NCBI GenBank assembly: GCA_028278205.1
Contig: JANQES010000120.1
Location: forward strand, 27,643 to 91,642
DNA length: 64,000 nucleotides
Direction: 5' to 3'
From: Rhodothermales bacterium
Lineage (GTDB): Bacteria; Bacteroidota; Rhodothermia; Rhodothermales; Bin80
The notes beneath the pieces were generated by a model. It saw only the letters and a program-made list of their open reading frames with translations, searched no databases and was not told the origin of the DNA. The position numbers and the translations under genes were made by a program. Shown in pieces: positions 8,274 to 17,629 of this stretch (position 1 is its first letter; each line of letters opens with the position of its first letter).

Positions 8274-9374
8274 ATGAAGTTCGTACCCGCCGGAAAAAAA
8301 CAAAGCCTTCCGCCCGTCTCGCATCGATATGCCGCCCTCGTCTTCGTGATGCTCGCCGCCGTATTGTTCAGTGGCGCAGAGGTCTCAAACGCCGTCACGC
8401 CCTTTTACGGCGAGCTTACCATCGCCAGCATGCGGATGGGATGGAGCCAGGGTTTTCTTGAGTATTATCGGGAGGGCGCCGCTGCGATGGTGGCCTCCGA
8501 AATCGATGCGGCTTCGGCCTCGCTCGTCCTGGCCCAGGCCGAACTGCCCTGGCGGTATCAACAAGCGTTTGCCCTGGACGACTACAACAGCCGCATGGAA
8601 GCCGACCTCACCCCCCGAGCGCATCCCATCGACCGGCAGGTGGCGCAGATCAAAAGCTGGTGGAGCCGCGTCTATCAGCGGGTAAGCTACTACCTCGACA
8701 GCAGCACCGGCCAATTCGTCTATCACTCCACCTGTTCGGCCTTCTATGTGAACTTCGGCTACTGGTATGGACGAGCCTATGCCGCGGCCTACGCAGGCCT
8801 GGATAACCGGGCAGAGATTCAGGAGATGCAACGGTCGGTTCGTGGGGGGATGAAGAAAGACAACTGTGCCTTTCTCCTTGAAGATGCCTGGCTCCGGCTC
8901 GGCATGGTCGACGGCACCCCGGCGCGCGCGCGGCCTCTTGCCTTTTTTACGGGAAACTTTGCCGCTACCATGAAAGCGATACGCGCCTTCGGCAGCCGCC
9001 CCGGCGAACCCACCCCGGCCCTGGCGCTTCCCCGCGTTCCAGGTATTTCGCCGGGAACACCGCCGGTGCCGGTCGTGCCCAAAGCTGATCCGCAAGCCGC
9101 GTGGAGCGGGAAGTGGCAAAGCGTCGAATTCGGCACGCTGATCCTTTTGCAAACGGGTCCGGAAGTGACCGGCACGTTTCTCCGGCGCAATGGCAAACTC
9201 TCCGGCACGGTCAACGGCTATACGCTGGCGGGCCGCTGGGAAGAGCGGGACGGCGAGGCCCAGGGCGACTTTGTCTTCAGCCTGACCGAGGGCGGCCAGG
9301 GCTTCGATACGCGCTGGCGCTTCGACGGCGATGAGGGCTGGAAAGCGAAGCCGAATGATGGCACCAGGCGGTGA
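8274..9374 (+). CDS. Hypothetical exported protein with Pro linker and small C-terminal beta domain
   Basis: Hydrophobic signal-like segment; 366 aa; C-terminal WSGKWQSVEFGTLILLQTGPEVTGTF...LSGTVNG. Confidence 0.65.
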   Translation: MKFVPAGKKQSLPPVSHRYAALVFVMLAAVLFSGAEVSNAVTPFYGELTIASMRMGWSQGFLEYYREGAAAMVASEIDAASASLVLAQAELPWRYQQAFALDDYNSRMEADLTPRAHPIDRQVAQIKSWWSRVYQRVSYYLDSSTGQFVYHSTCSAFYVNFGYWYGRAYAAAYAGLDNRAEIQEMQRSVRGGMKKDNCAFLLEDAWLRLGMVDGTPARARPLAFFTGNFAATMKAIRAFGSRPGEPTPALALPRVPGISPGTPPVPVVPKADPQAAWSGKWQSVEFGTLILLQTGPEVTGTFLRRNGKLSGTVNGYTLAGRWEERDGEAQGDFVFSLTEGGQGFDTRWRFDGDEGWKAKPNDGTRR

Positions 9375-9480
9375 TTAGAGCGGTTTTACTTCGTCAGTCG
9401 CGGTGCTCGTGTCAGTTGTTTGTAAACTTTCTGTATTGAAAGGGGGATCAACCTCTTTATTCTCCCTCTCTCCCTTTCGA

Positions 9481-9705
9481 TCAAGGCTTTCGCTTGCGTT
9501 TTATCTCTTCAGCAATCTCTAGCGCTGCTTCTTCCGCTTTGAGCAACTCGCTTTGGCTGATACGCCATCCTTCCATAGTTTTCTGCCAGTTCATGTAACT
9601 GGTCTGCGGGTTATGAATCCACGTATAAACCGTCCGGCGTGTAACGTTATAACGCGCTGCGACACCCGTCGGTGTATAATAGATCTCAGCTACCCGGTCT
9701 TCCAA
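9481..9705 (-). CDS. Excisionase-like (HTH_17/MerR-like) DNA-binding protein
   Basis: YYTPTGVAARYNVTRRTVYTWIH...WRISQSEL. Confidence 0.8.
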   Translation of the reverse strand: MEDRVAEIYYTPTGVAARYNVTRRTVYTWIHNPQTSYMNWQKTMEGWRISQSELLKAEEAALEIAEEIKRKRKP

Positions 9706-9785
9706 TAGTCGAGAGGAGATTGATGAAGGGGAGAAGCCTGAATCAAATGAACGGTCTTACAGAGAGGACATCGAAAGCGGCGCAC

Positions 9786-10115
9786 TTACTCTGACGAGGG
9801 GGAAGGAGTCTCCTTGGCCTGGATTTCTATCTCGTCCGGGGTCGCCGCCGCAGGAGCCACATCGCCGCCCACGTCCACGAATAGACTCTCCTCATAGCGC
9901 CGAAGATCGTCCAGGCGAATGCGCCAGGTGGTGCCTCCTATCTTGCGCCAGCGCATCGGCTTGGTATGAATCCAGTTGTACATGGTGCTCCGGGTGATGC
10001 CGTAACGATCTGCAACCTGCTCAGGCGACAACCAGATATCCTCGGGACCCAAGACACCCATTTCCGCTAAACTCGATATGTCTGTTCGTGAAGGCGATGC
10101 GGGGGAATCAGGCAT
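9786..10115 (-). CDS. Excisionase-like (HTH_17) DNA-binding protein, paralog of neighbour
   Basis: WLSPEQVADRYGITRSTMYNWIH...KIGGTTWRIRLDDL. Confidence 0.85.
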   Translation of the reverse strand: MPDSPASPSRTDISSLAEMGVLGPEDIWLSPEQVADRYGITRSTMYNWIHTKPMRWRKIGGTTWRIRLDDLRRYEESLFVDVGGDVAPAAATPDEIEIQAKETPSPSSE

Positions 10116-10378
10116 GGTATCGATAGGTTTGGGACTTTACTTAAGAAAGAATCGCAGAAATGTACAAAATATTGAACAAATGTCAAGTTCCTTGCCGGTC
10201 CAGGAAAATATTCTTCGACGGATCCGGCGTTGCTAAATCCTTGGACTCTATCGGATTAAAAAAAATTGGGATTTCTCTTTGAATTTTTTCAATGATCTGA
10301 TTATATTTGGACCCCAAGGAAATAAAAAGTAAAAATTTCATATCATCGTAGATCGCGGCGGACGGCTACCCCCAACCC

Positions 10379-10552
10379 ATGAAACTGGAGTACGAAAGAA
10401 AAAGGCCCGGTGCCCCCGACAAGTCGCAGACGCGATTTCACTTCGAAGTTTCGAACTTGTTGATAGTGGCGGCGATCTCCGCGTTTTTGATCTTTAGCAG
10501 CGTCTTTGTCTTTACGCTTCTGAACTCGAAAGAAAAAATGTACGCTTTCTAA
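10379..10552 (+). CDS. Putative 57-aa single-pass membrane protein (not in ORF track)
   Basis: Manual translation MKLEYERKRPGAPDKSQTRFHFEVSNLLIVAAISAFLIFSSVFVFTLLNSKEKMYAF. Confidence 0.5.
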   Translation: MKLEYERKRPGAPDKSQTRFHFEVSNLLIVAAISAFLIFSSVFVFTLLNSKEKMYAF

Positions 10553-10638
10553 GAAAATACGAGTGACGCCTCCAGTGGTGGTTGCGTAGTACTCGATGCC
10601 AGGTAGTTCTCATTGCAAACCATAACCTGAGGGAAAAA

Positions 10639-11466
10639 ATGAAAACACGATTCATCAACGTTGCGCTTTTCAGGGGTATGTTGGCCCTGCTCCTGCTCGC
10701 CCTATGGGGATTCGCCGGCTCTGCGTATAGCTGGGCGCAACAGAAAAAAAGCGATATGGCCATTTCGTGTGCGGATAATTACCTCGGAACTCCTTACTTG
10801 TGGGGAGGCACCACGAAAAATGGCATCGACTGCTCGGCCTTGATGCAGAATTGCTATCGCCACGCCGGGCTCTGGATTCCCAGGACGTCCTGGCAACAGG
10901 CTGACTACTGGAAGGGCCGGGACGTAAGCCGGGACGAATTGAAGCGCGGAGATCTGGTCTTCTTTCGCAGAGGAAAGGGCATCGGGCACGTGGGGCTGGT
11001 CACCAGCGTCAGCGGTAACAGGGTGAGGTTTATCCATTCCTCGTCGAACAATGGAGGCGTGGCCTACAACTACTTGTCTGGGGAGTGGGTGGATAAGTTC
11101 GTGAAAGGCAAGCGCCTTCGGGGAGCCTCCGACGCCATCGCTTCTACCGGCACGCCGCCGGTAAAGCGTGCCAACCTCGGTGGTACCTCATCGTTGCCCG
11201 GCCAATACCCCGAGGCTTCGCAGCGGCGTTTGACCACGTCTGACATCCAGGGAATGAGCCGGCGTCAGGTCAAGATCATGAAGAACGAGATTTTCGCCCG
11301 GCATGGATACAAATTCCACATAAACGGGTCGATGATCAGCTACTTCGAGCAGCAAGCGTGGTATCGGGCCATTCTGAACAAGACCAGGGATGGCGCCCAC
11401 ATCTATAACAACAAGATGTCGGAGATCGAGCGCAGAAATGTGGATCTTCTCAAGCGTTACGAATAA
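10639..11466 (+). CDS. NlpC/P60 (C40) cell-wall peptidase with C-terminal YARHG domain
   Basis: Signal peptide; YLGTPYLWGG, GIDCSAL, GDLVFF, GHVGL, FIHSSS; KNEIFARHGYKF...YFEQQAWY. Confidence 0.92.
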   Translation: MKTRFINVALFRGMLALLLLALWGFAGSAYSWAQQKKSDMAISCADNYLGTPYLWGGTTKNGIDCSALMQNCYRHAGLWIPRTSWQQADYWKGRDVSRDELKRGDLVFFRRGKGIGHVGLVTSVSGNRVRFIHSSSNNGGVAYNYLSGEWVDKFVKGKRLRGASDAIASTGTPPVKRANLGGTSSLPGQYPEASQRRLTTSDIQGMSRRQVKIMKNEIFARHGYKFHINGSMISYFEQQAWYRAILNKTRDGAHIYNNKMSEIERRNVDLLKRYE

Positions 11467-11526
11467 AAAGATCATTTTCGCGTTGGCGTAACATGTATAA
11501 ATCTAGGGCGTACAGGTGTTTAGCGT

Positions 11527-11642
11527 GAAGGGCTCGATGGGTCTTCGGTTGGAGCCGAATCAAGGCGCTTTTTGCGCGGTGCTGCGCATCGGGCGAGGAA
11601 ACGGGCGCCGAGCCGGGTACAATCGAAGACCCATCGACCTTC
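11527..11642. repeat. Long-range inverted repeat (MITE-like or RNA hairpin)
   Basis: TCGATGGGTCTTCGGTTG ... CAATCGAAGACCCATCGA, flanked by GAAGG/CCTTC. Confidence 0.65.
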
Positions 11643-11706
11643 CGGAATTAATGTCAATATGCCCTACGTCTTAGGCGTTCCTTCGGGGCCGTAGACCACT
11701 TTGATC

Positions 11707-12696
11707 ATGTGTAAAAAAATCTATCTTTTGCGCGGTACTCCGGTGGCTTTTTTCCGGAGTCTCTTCCTGCTTGTTTTTGGGGGCATTTGCTTCATCACGA
11801 TGACCTTGCCGGGGACCGCGGCGGCTCAGCAGGATGTTGCCAGAACGATGGAAGCCCTGCGCCGGGAGCCCTTGACGGAGACCCACGAGCGGCAAAAACA
11901 ACGGCTCATCGCAGCGTATCCTGATTTCCTCACACAGAGCGACTATTACCCCAACGCCGTGCAGTGGCGCGATGGCACGATCATGCTGTTTGAAGATGGC
12001 AGGCCGAAGAAGAATTTTGAGACGTTGTTGAACTATCCGGACTTGCAAGACCAGATGGCGATGCGCTATACGCCGGGAGATTCAATCATCATTCTACCGA
12101 ATCACGATCCGGGGCGTGTACGGTATGAGAAGTTCTTCAAGAAGATGTACGGGGCCACCGAAGCCGAGGTGCGAGCCAACCTGGAGACGGTCTACTGGCT
12201 GCCCGGCAGCATCAACCAGCCGCTGCTCGTTACAACAGTCAACGGGGTGAGCGAAAAACTGCAAGCGCTCTCGGACACGTTGGACACCCTGTTGGCGTTT
12301 CAAAAGTATCTCGTCAAGCCGGCCGGCACCTTCAACTGGCGGGTGATCAAAGACACCCATCGCTTGAGCGCGCATAGCTTTGGCATCGCCATCGATATTA
12401 ACGTAGACTTTGCCCACTACTGGGGATGGAATCAAAAACAGCAAGGTGATTACATCGGGTACCATACCGATATCCCTCCTGAAATTTTCAAAATATTTGA
12501 AAAATATGGATTTATATGGGGTGGAAAATGGTCTCACTATGACACCATGCATTTCGAATACCGGCCTGAAATGTTGCCGCTCCACATGATTTATCTGTTG
12601 CAGCCGCACATGCCCGAACCGTTGCCGCTGCGCCCACTCGAAGTCTTGCCGTTTCTCTCAACCGATGTTAACCCGCAATACCGAGAATCCGGTTGA
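11707..12696 (+). CDS. M15-family peptidoglycan metallopeptidase
   Basis: GTFNWRVI, SAHSFGIAIDIN, GFIWGGKWSHYDTMHFEYRPE; signal peptide. Confidence 0.9.
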   Translation: MCKKIYLLRGTPVAFFRSLFLLVFGGICFITMTLPGTAAAQQDVARTMEALRREPLTETHERQKQRLIAAYPDFLTQSDYYPNAVQWRDGTIMLFEDGRPKKNFETLLNYPDLQDQMAMRYTPGDSIIILPNHDPGRVRYEKFFKKMYGATEAEVRANLETVYWLPGSINQPLLVTTVNGVSEKLQALSDTLDTLLAFQKYLVKPAGTFNWRVIKDTHRLSAHSFGIAIDINVDFAHYWGWNQKQQGDYIGYHTDIPPEIFKIFEKYGFIWGGKWSHYDTMHFEYRPEMLPLHMIYLLQPHMPEPLPLRPLEVLPFLSTDVNPQYRESG

Positions 12697-13906
12697 GCAG
12701 CGCCTCGGCCACGTCGCGTTTGGGCATCAGCGGCAGATCTTCGGTGTGGCCGCTGCGGTGGATGAGCGTGACGCGGTTGGTGCCGGGGCCGAAGCCGGCG
12801 CCTTCTTCATTGACGTTGTTGAGGACGATCCAGTCCAGGTTTTTCGCTTCGAGCTTTCGGCGGGCGTTGGCGAGGCCGTCGTCGGTCTCCATGGCGAAGC
12901 CCACGAGCATCTGTTCGGGTCGTTTGTGCGCGCCCAACTCGGCCAGGATGTCCGGCGTGCGGCGCAGGCGGATCGTCAGTTCGTCGTCTTGCTTTTTGAG
13001 TTTTGAGGGGGCGGGATCGAGGGGCGTATAGTCGGCGACGGCGGCGGCCATGATGACGAGGTTGGCGTCGCGATGGGCCTGTACGGCGGCGTGCATCTCC
13101 TCGGCAGTCGTCACGTCGATACGGTCGACGCCGTGGGGGGTGTCGAGCGCGGTGGGGCCGCTGACGAGCGTCACGCGGGCGCCGTGGCCGGCTGCCGCCT
13201 CGGCGATGGCATAACCCATGCTGCCCGACGAATGGTTGGTCACCACGCGCACCGGGTCGATGGGTTCGCGCGTCGGCCCGGCGGAGACCAGGACGTGCTT
13301 GCCTGCCAGCAAGCCCCCGCTCGACGGCCTCAACGGCGCCGTCACCATCTCGACGATGCGGCCGAAGATCTCCTCCGGCTCCGGCATGCGCCCGTGCCCG
13401 ACGAGGCCGCTGGCCAGCTCGCCGTAGCCGGGCGCCATCACGGCATAGCCGAACGCGCGCAGGCGTTCCAGGTTGGCCTGCGTAGCCGGGTGGAGGTACA
13501 TGTCATGATCCATCGCCGGGCAGACCAACATCGGGCAGCGGGCCGCCAGCGCCGTGGCCGTCAGCATCGAATCGCTGAAGCCGTAGGCCATCTTGGCCAG
13601 CGTCTGCGCCGTCGCCGGAGCCACCACGAAGAGGTCGGCCCAGAGGCCCAGCGAGACGTGCTTCGTCCAGCTTCCCTGTTCGTTGTCCGGGAAGATCTCG
13701 GAGAGCACCTCGCGTTCAGAGAGCGTGCCCAGCGTCAGCGGCGTGATGAACCGGGCTGCGTCGGGCGTCATCAACACCTGCACCTCCGCGCCCGCCTTCT
13801 TGCACAGGCGGATCAACTCGGCAGCCTTATACGCCGCGATGCTGCCCGTCACGCCGAGCAACAGCTTCCGGCCTTCCAATCGTTTTTCTTCCGTCGAATC
13901 CACCAT
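12668..13906 (-). CDS. coaBC: Phosphopantothenoylcysteine decarboxylase/ligase
   Basis: GVTGSIAAYKA, PAMDHDM, SAGPTREPIDPVR, AAAVADY, VGFAMET. Confidence 0.96.
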   Translation of the reverse strand: MVDSTEEKRLEGRKLLLGVTGSIAAYKAAELIRLCKKAGAEVQVLMTPDAARFITPLTLGTLSEREVLSEIFPDNEQGSWTKHVSLGLWADLFVVAPATAQTLAKMAYGFSDSMLTATALAARCPMLVCPAMDHDMYLHPATQANLERLRAFGYAVMAPGYGELASGLVGHGRMPEPEEIFGRIVEMVTAPLRPSSGGLLAGKHVLVSAGPTREPIDPVRVVTNHSSGSMGYAIAEAAAGHGARVTLVSGPTALDTPHGVDRIDVTTAEEMHAAVQAHRDANLVIMAAAVADYTPLDPAPSKLKKQDDELTIRLRRTPDILAELGAHKRPEQMLVGFAMETDDGLANARRKLEAKNLDWIVLNNVNEEGAGFGPGTNRVTLIHRSGHTEDLPLMPKRDVAEALLNRILGIAG

Positions 13907-13930
13907 ATTTTTTAGCTGAAGCCGTATCAG

Positions 13931-13975
13931 CCCAATCTGCGTTAATCTGTGTTAATCTGCGTCCATCTGCGGTTC
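13931..13975. repeat. Decamer tandem (ATCTGCGTTA-like) ending ATCTGCGGTT; related copy at 15688-15724
   Basis: AATCTGCGTTAATCTGTGTTAATCTGCGTCCATCTGCGGTT; overlaps the gmk 3' end. Confidence 0.7.
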
Positions 13976-14533
13976 CAAAAACGCCCCAACGAGCCGGATC
14001 GTTTCGTCGACGGCCTGCTCCAGATTGTCGTTGACGACGACGGCGTCGAAGCGATCGGCGTAGGTGAGTTCGTGGCGGGCGCGGTCGAGGCGCACGCGGA
14101 GCGAGGCTTCGGTCTCGGTCTCGCGCAGGTGCAGGCGTTCGGTCAGCACGGCCAGCGAAGGCGGGCGGATGAAGAGCGTCAGGGCGTCGTCGCCGTAGAA
14201 CTGTTTGACATTCACCGCGCCCTCGACGTCGATGTCGAGCAGGATCGGCTGCGCCACCGTGGCGCGCTCGACTTCGGCGCGGAGCGTCCCGTAATAGCAG
14301 CCGGGATAGACTTCTTCATATTCGATAAAGCCCCCGTCGTCGATCAACGCCTGGAATTCATCCTGAGCAATAAAATGGTAATGGACGCCGTCTTCTTCCT
14401 CCTCGCGGCGAGGCCGCGTGGTGGCCGAGACCGAAAAGGTCATCTCCGGAAACGCCGCCAGCACCCGCCGGGCGATGGTCGTCTTTCCCGATCCACTCGG
14501 AGCTGTCAGGGCGATGATTTTCGGTTCGGTCAT
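13952..14533 (-). CDS. gmk: Guanylate kinase
   Basis: APSGSGKTT, SVSATTRPRR, DGVHYHF, YYGT, LDIDVEGA. Confidence 0.97.
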   Translation of the reverse strand: MTEPKIIALTAPSGSGKTTIARRVLAAFPEMTFSVSATTRPRREEEEDGVHYHFIAQDEFQALIDDGGFIEYEEVYPGCYYGTLRAEVERATVAQPILLDIDVEGAVNVKQFYGDDALTLFIRPPSLAVLTERLHLRETETEASLRVRLDRARHELTYADRFDAVVVNDNLEQAVDETIRLVGAFLEPQMDAD

Positions 14534-14743
14534 TGGTTCGCTTCGCTCCCGTCAGTTGCTTCGCGTCATTGGTTCGCTTCGCTCCCGTCAGTTGGCTCGC
14601 CTTCGGCTCGCCGTCATTGATTGTCTTGGATGGACCTTGACAATCAATGACGCGCCGAAGGCGCAATTGACGCACGCGACACGAGCCGAAGGCGACTGAC
14701 GTAGTAAACGTGCCAATGACCAATGACGTGAGCGAAGCGAACA
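14527..14743. repeat. Family B modular repeat (CAATGAC units with GCGAAGC/GCCGAAGGC mini-hairpins)
   Basis: Core GTCATTGATTGTCTTGGATGGACCTTGACAATCAATGACGCGCCGAAGGCGCAATTGAC shared with the 28.1 and 55.7 kb copies. Confidence 0.85.
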
Positions 14744-14747
14744 TACC

Positions 14748-15629
14748 TCATTCAACATTCTGAATCTGCTCGCGGATTTTTTCGACCTCTTCTTTCATGC
14801 CCACGGCCAGGTGGGCGATGGAGGCGTCGTTGGCTTTCGAACTGATGGTGTTGACTTCGCGGTGGATCTCCTGCACGATGAAGTTGAGCTTGCGCCCGAC
14901 GGGCTCGTCGTCGTCGAGGGCTTCGCGGAAGAGTTCGAGGTGCGAGCGCAGGCGCACACATTCCTCGTTGATGTCGAGCTTATCGGCCAGGATGGCGATT
15001 TCCTGGATGAGGCGGTCTTCGTCGATGCGTTCGTCGCGGAGCAGTTCTTCGAGGCGGTCGCGCAGGCGTTGCTGCGACTCGGCCACGCGGTCGGGGGCGC
15101 GCTCTTCGACGGTGCAGAGCGTCGCTTCGATGGCATCGAGGTGCGAGACGAGGTCGGCTTGCAGGGCCTGGCCTTCCTGGCGCCGCATCGCGCGCATCCC
15201 GTCGATGGCTTCGGCCAGGGCCGCCTCGACGGCGTGCCACATCTGCTCCCGGGTGGCCGGATCCTCTTCCGCCGTCATGAAGACATCGTTGTAGCGGACG
15301 ATGTGTTCGAGGCGCACCGGCTCTTCGATACCCGCCGCCCGGCGCAAGTCGTCGAGCAGGCGGCCATAGGCCCGCGCCGCTTTCGTGTTGACCTGGATAG
15401 GCAGCTCCTCTTCGTCCACGCGTTCGATCTCCACCTGCACCTCGATGCGGCCCCGGTCGAAGGCTTGTTTGACGAGCCCCTGGATGTCGGTCTCGCGGCC
15501 CGAAAGCGCCCGGGGCAGGCGCACCGGCACGTCGAGAAACCGGTTGTTGACCGAGCGCATCTCGACCGCAGCCCGGGTCGTGCCCACCTGCGCGCTGCCG
15601 CGCCCGAAGCCGGTCATGCTCGCTATCAT
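14748..15629 (-). CDS. yicC: YicC/YloC family endoribonuclease
   Basis: SMTGFG, EMRSVNNRFLD, DINEECVRL, GRKLNFIVQEIHREVNTISSK, EKIREQIQNVE. Confidence 0.94.
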   Translation of the reverse strand: MIASMTGFGRGSAQVGTTRAAVEMRSVNNRFLDVPVRLPRALSGRETDIQGLVKQAFDRGRIEVQVEIERVDEEELPIQVNTKAARAYGRLLDDLRRAAGIEEPVRLEHIVRYNDVFMTAEEDPATREQMWHAVEAALAEAIDGMRAMRRQEGQALQADLVSHLDAIEATLCTVEERAPDRVAESQQRLRDRLEELLRDERIDEDRLIQEIAILADKLDINEECVRLRSHLELFREALDDDEPVGRKLNFIVQEIHREVNTISSKANDASIAHLAVGMKEEVEKIREQIQNVE

Positions 15630-15765
15630 GATGATCCGTTGTCTAGGGTCCGTGGTCCGTCGATGGCGAACGTCTCACGCGGCCTCACCATCCATCCGCG
15701 TGCATCCGCGTCCATCTGCGGTTGCAATAAAAAAAGCCGAACCCCAAGTCCGGCTTCCTATACAG

Positions 15766-15853
15766 CGGAGAGGGAGGGATTCGAACCCTCGGTACCCGTC
15801 AAAGGTACACTCGCTTTCCAGGCGAGCCCGTTCGACCACTCCGGCACCTCTCC
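15766..15853 (-). tRNA. tRNA-Ser(GGA)
   Basis: Reverse complement gives anticodon arm CTCGC-CTGGAAA-GCGAG and a long variable arm. Confidence 0.96.
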
Positions 15854-15981
15854 TGTTTTAAATTTCCTGGCGGAAATTTAAAAATTGAATGGACGCGTGC
15901 GCGTCCAGGGGGTGCAATATACGATGCGCTGCCGTGCAGGTTCGATCAAAAAAACCAATTTAGATTTTCCGCCAGGAAAAT

Positions 15982-16551
15982 CTAAACTTCCATGATCTCC
16001 TCCTCTTTGCGTCCGAGGATTTTGTCGATCTTACCGACGTAGTCGTTCGTGGCTTGCTGAAGTTTGTCTTCGGCCAGGTAGCGCATGTCTTCGGAGAGAT
16101 GCTCCTCTTCCTGGGTCGATTTGATATCGTCTTTGGCGTGGCGGCGGATGTTGCGGATGGCGATTTTGGCGTCTTCGCCATGCTTGCGGGCCGACTTGAC
16201 GAGGTCGCGGCGGCGTTCTTCCGAGAGCGGCGGCACCGGCACCCGGATGATCGATCCGTCGTTCGAGGGATTGAGCCCCAGGTTTTCGGCGATGATGGCT
16301 TTCTCGACGGCTTGCAAGGCCGAGCTATCCCACGGCGTGACGACGATCAGGTCCGGCTGCGGCGCGCTGACCGAGGCCATCTGGTTGAGCGGCGTGTTGG
16401 TGCCGTAATACTCCACACGGACGTTCTGAAGCATCGTCGGCGAGGCGCGTCCGGCGCGGATGGCGTTCAATTCCGCCTTGAGATGCGCCAGCGTTTTATC
16501 CATGTGCTCCCTGGCGTCTTCCAGGATCAATTCGATCATTTCATCTAACAT
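15982..16551 (-). CDS. frr: Ribosome recycling factor
   Basis: IRAGRASP, VEYYG, LGLNPSNDG, PPLSEERR, AIRNIRR. Confidence 0.97.
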   Translation of the reverse strand: MLDEMIELILEDAREHMDKTLAHLKAELNAIRAGRASPTMLQNVRVEYYGTNTPLNQMASVSAPQPDLIVVTPWDSSALQAVEKAIIAENLGLNPSNDGSIIRVPVPPLSEERRRDLVKSARKHGEDAKIAIRNIRRHAKDDIKSTQEEEHLSEDMRYLAEDKLQQATNDYVGKIDKILGRKEEEIMEV

Positions 16552-16605
16552 CGTGCGACCTCCAAAGGACGTTGACGGAACAACGCTCAAAAATCCTGAC
16601 AGCCT

Positions 16606-17367
16606 TTAAGCGCCGGCGACAGTGGGCGTCTTCCAATATACGAGCGTGCCGACTCGTTCGCCCTGCACGACACGCAGCAGGCTGCCCGGTGTGTTCATGT
16701 TAAACACAATGATCGGCATTTCTGATTCTTTGCACAACGTGAAGGCCGTCATATCCATCACGCGCAGGCCGCGCTTGATGACTTCGTCGCCGTGGATGGT
16801 GGCGTAGTGCTCGGCGTCGGCGTCTTTTTCGGGATCGGCCGAGTAGACGCCGTCGACGCGGGTGCCTTTGATCAAGACGTCGGCGTCGATCTCCAGCGTG
16901 CGCAGCGCCGCCGCCGTGTCGGTGGTAAAGTACGGGTTGCCCGTGCCGGCGCCAAAAATGACGACGCGGTTTTTCTCCAGATGCCGGATGGCCCGTCGCC
17001 GGATGAACGGCTCGGCGATCTCCTCCATCTTGATGCTCGATTGCAAGCGGGTTTGCAGGCCCGCCTGTTCGAGGGCATCTTGCAGGGCCATCGCGTTGAT
17101 CATCGTCGCGAGCATGCCCATATAGTCGGCATGGGCGCGGGTCATGCCTTTGGTGGCATTGTTGACGCCGCGAAAGATGTTGCCCCCGCCGATGACCAGC
17201 GCCACCTCGACGCCGGCCTCGACCACCTGCCTGATCTCGACGGCATACTGGGCCAGCACGTCCTGATCGATGCCATACGGTTTCGTGCCCAACAACGCCT
17301 CGCCGCTGAGTTTGAGCACGATGCGCCGGTAGAACGGGCGCCCCTCTTCATGTGCCAGTGCTTCCAT
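16606..17367 (-). CDS. pyrH: UMP kinase
   Basis: [32 protein letters not shown]. Confidence 0.97.
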   Translation of the reverse strand: MEALAHEEGRPFYRRIVLKLSGEALLGTKPYGIDQDVLAQYAVEIRQVVEAGVEVALVIGGGNIFRGVNNATKGMTRAHADYMGMLATMINAMALQDALEQAGLQTRLQSSIKMEEIAEPFIRRRAIRHLEKNRVVIFGAGTGNPYFTTDTAAALRTLEIDADVLIKGTRVDGVYSADPEKDADAEHYATIHGDEVIKRGLRVMDMTAFTLCKESEMPIIVFNMNTPGSLLRVVQGERVGTLVYWKTPTVAGA

Positions 17368-17486
17368 ACAAATCACTTATTCCGATAACGGACTGCAAAC
17401 TACAGCGAGCCGCCCTCCTTTGCAACGCTCGGCCCTCCATGGGTCACAAAAAAGGGGCAACCCCTTCAACGGAGCCGCCCCTTTTT

Positions 17487-17626
17487 AATTTTGGATTTTG
17501 GATTGGGGATTTTGGATTGATTGCTCTCGACCCCATTCAGTATCTCAAAAAGCCGCGATTCATCCAATCGGTACAGCCTTTCGGTTTGTTCGAAAGGGAT
17601 CGGAAAACAATCTAAAATCCAAAATT
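17487..17626. repeat. Family A element, about 140 bp, with internal segment homologous to the 50-51 kb copy
   Basis: TTTTGGA tandem ... AAGCCGCG ... GGGATCGGAA ... AATCTAAAATCCAAAATT. Confidence 0.8.
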
Positions 17627-17629
17627 CAC

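Noticed and set aside
9375-9420. TAGAGCGGTTT as an IS end
   Set aside because: No matching opposite end or transposase seen
9481-12696. Intact prophage or ICE
   Set aside because: No integrase, replication, structural or conjugation genes, and no att repeat found
14527-14743. CRISPR array interpretation of family B or the 53.6 kb repeats
   Set aside because: No constant 23-47 bp direct repeat with regular unique spacers; no cas genes
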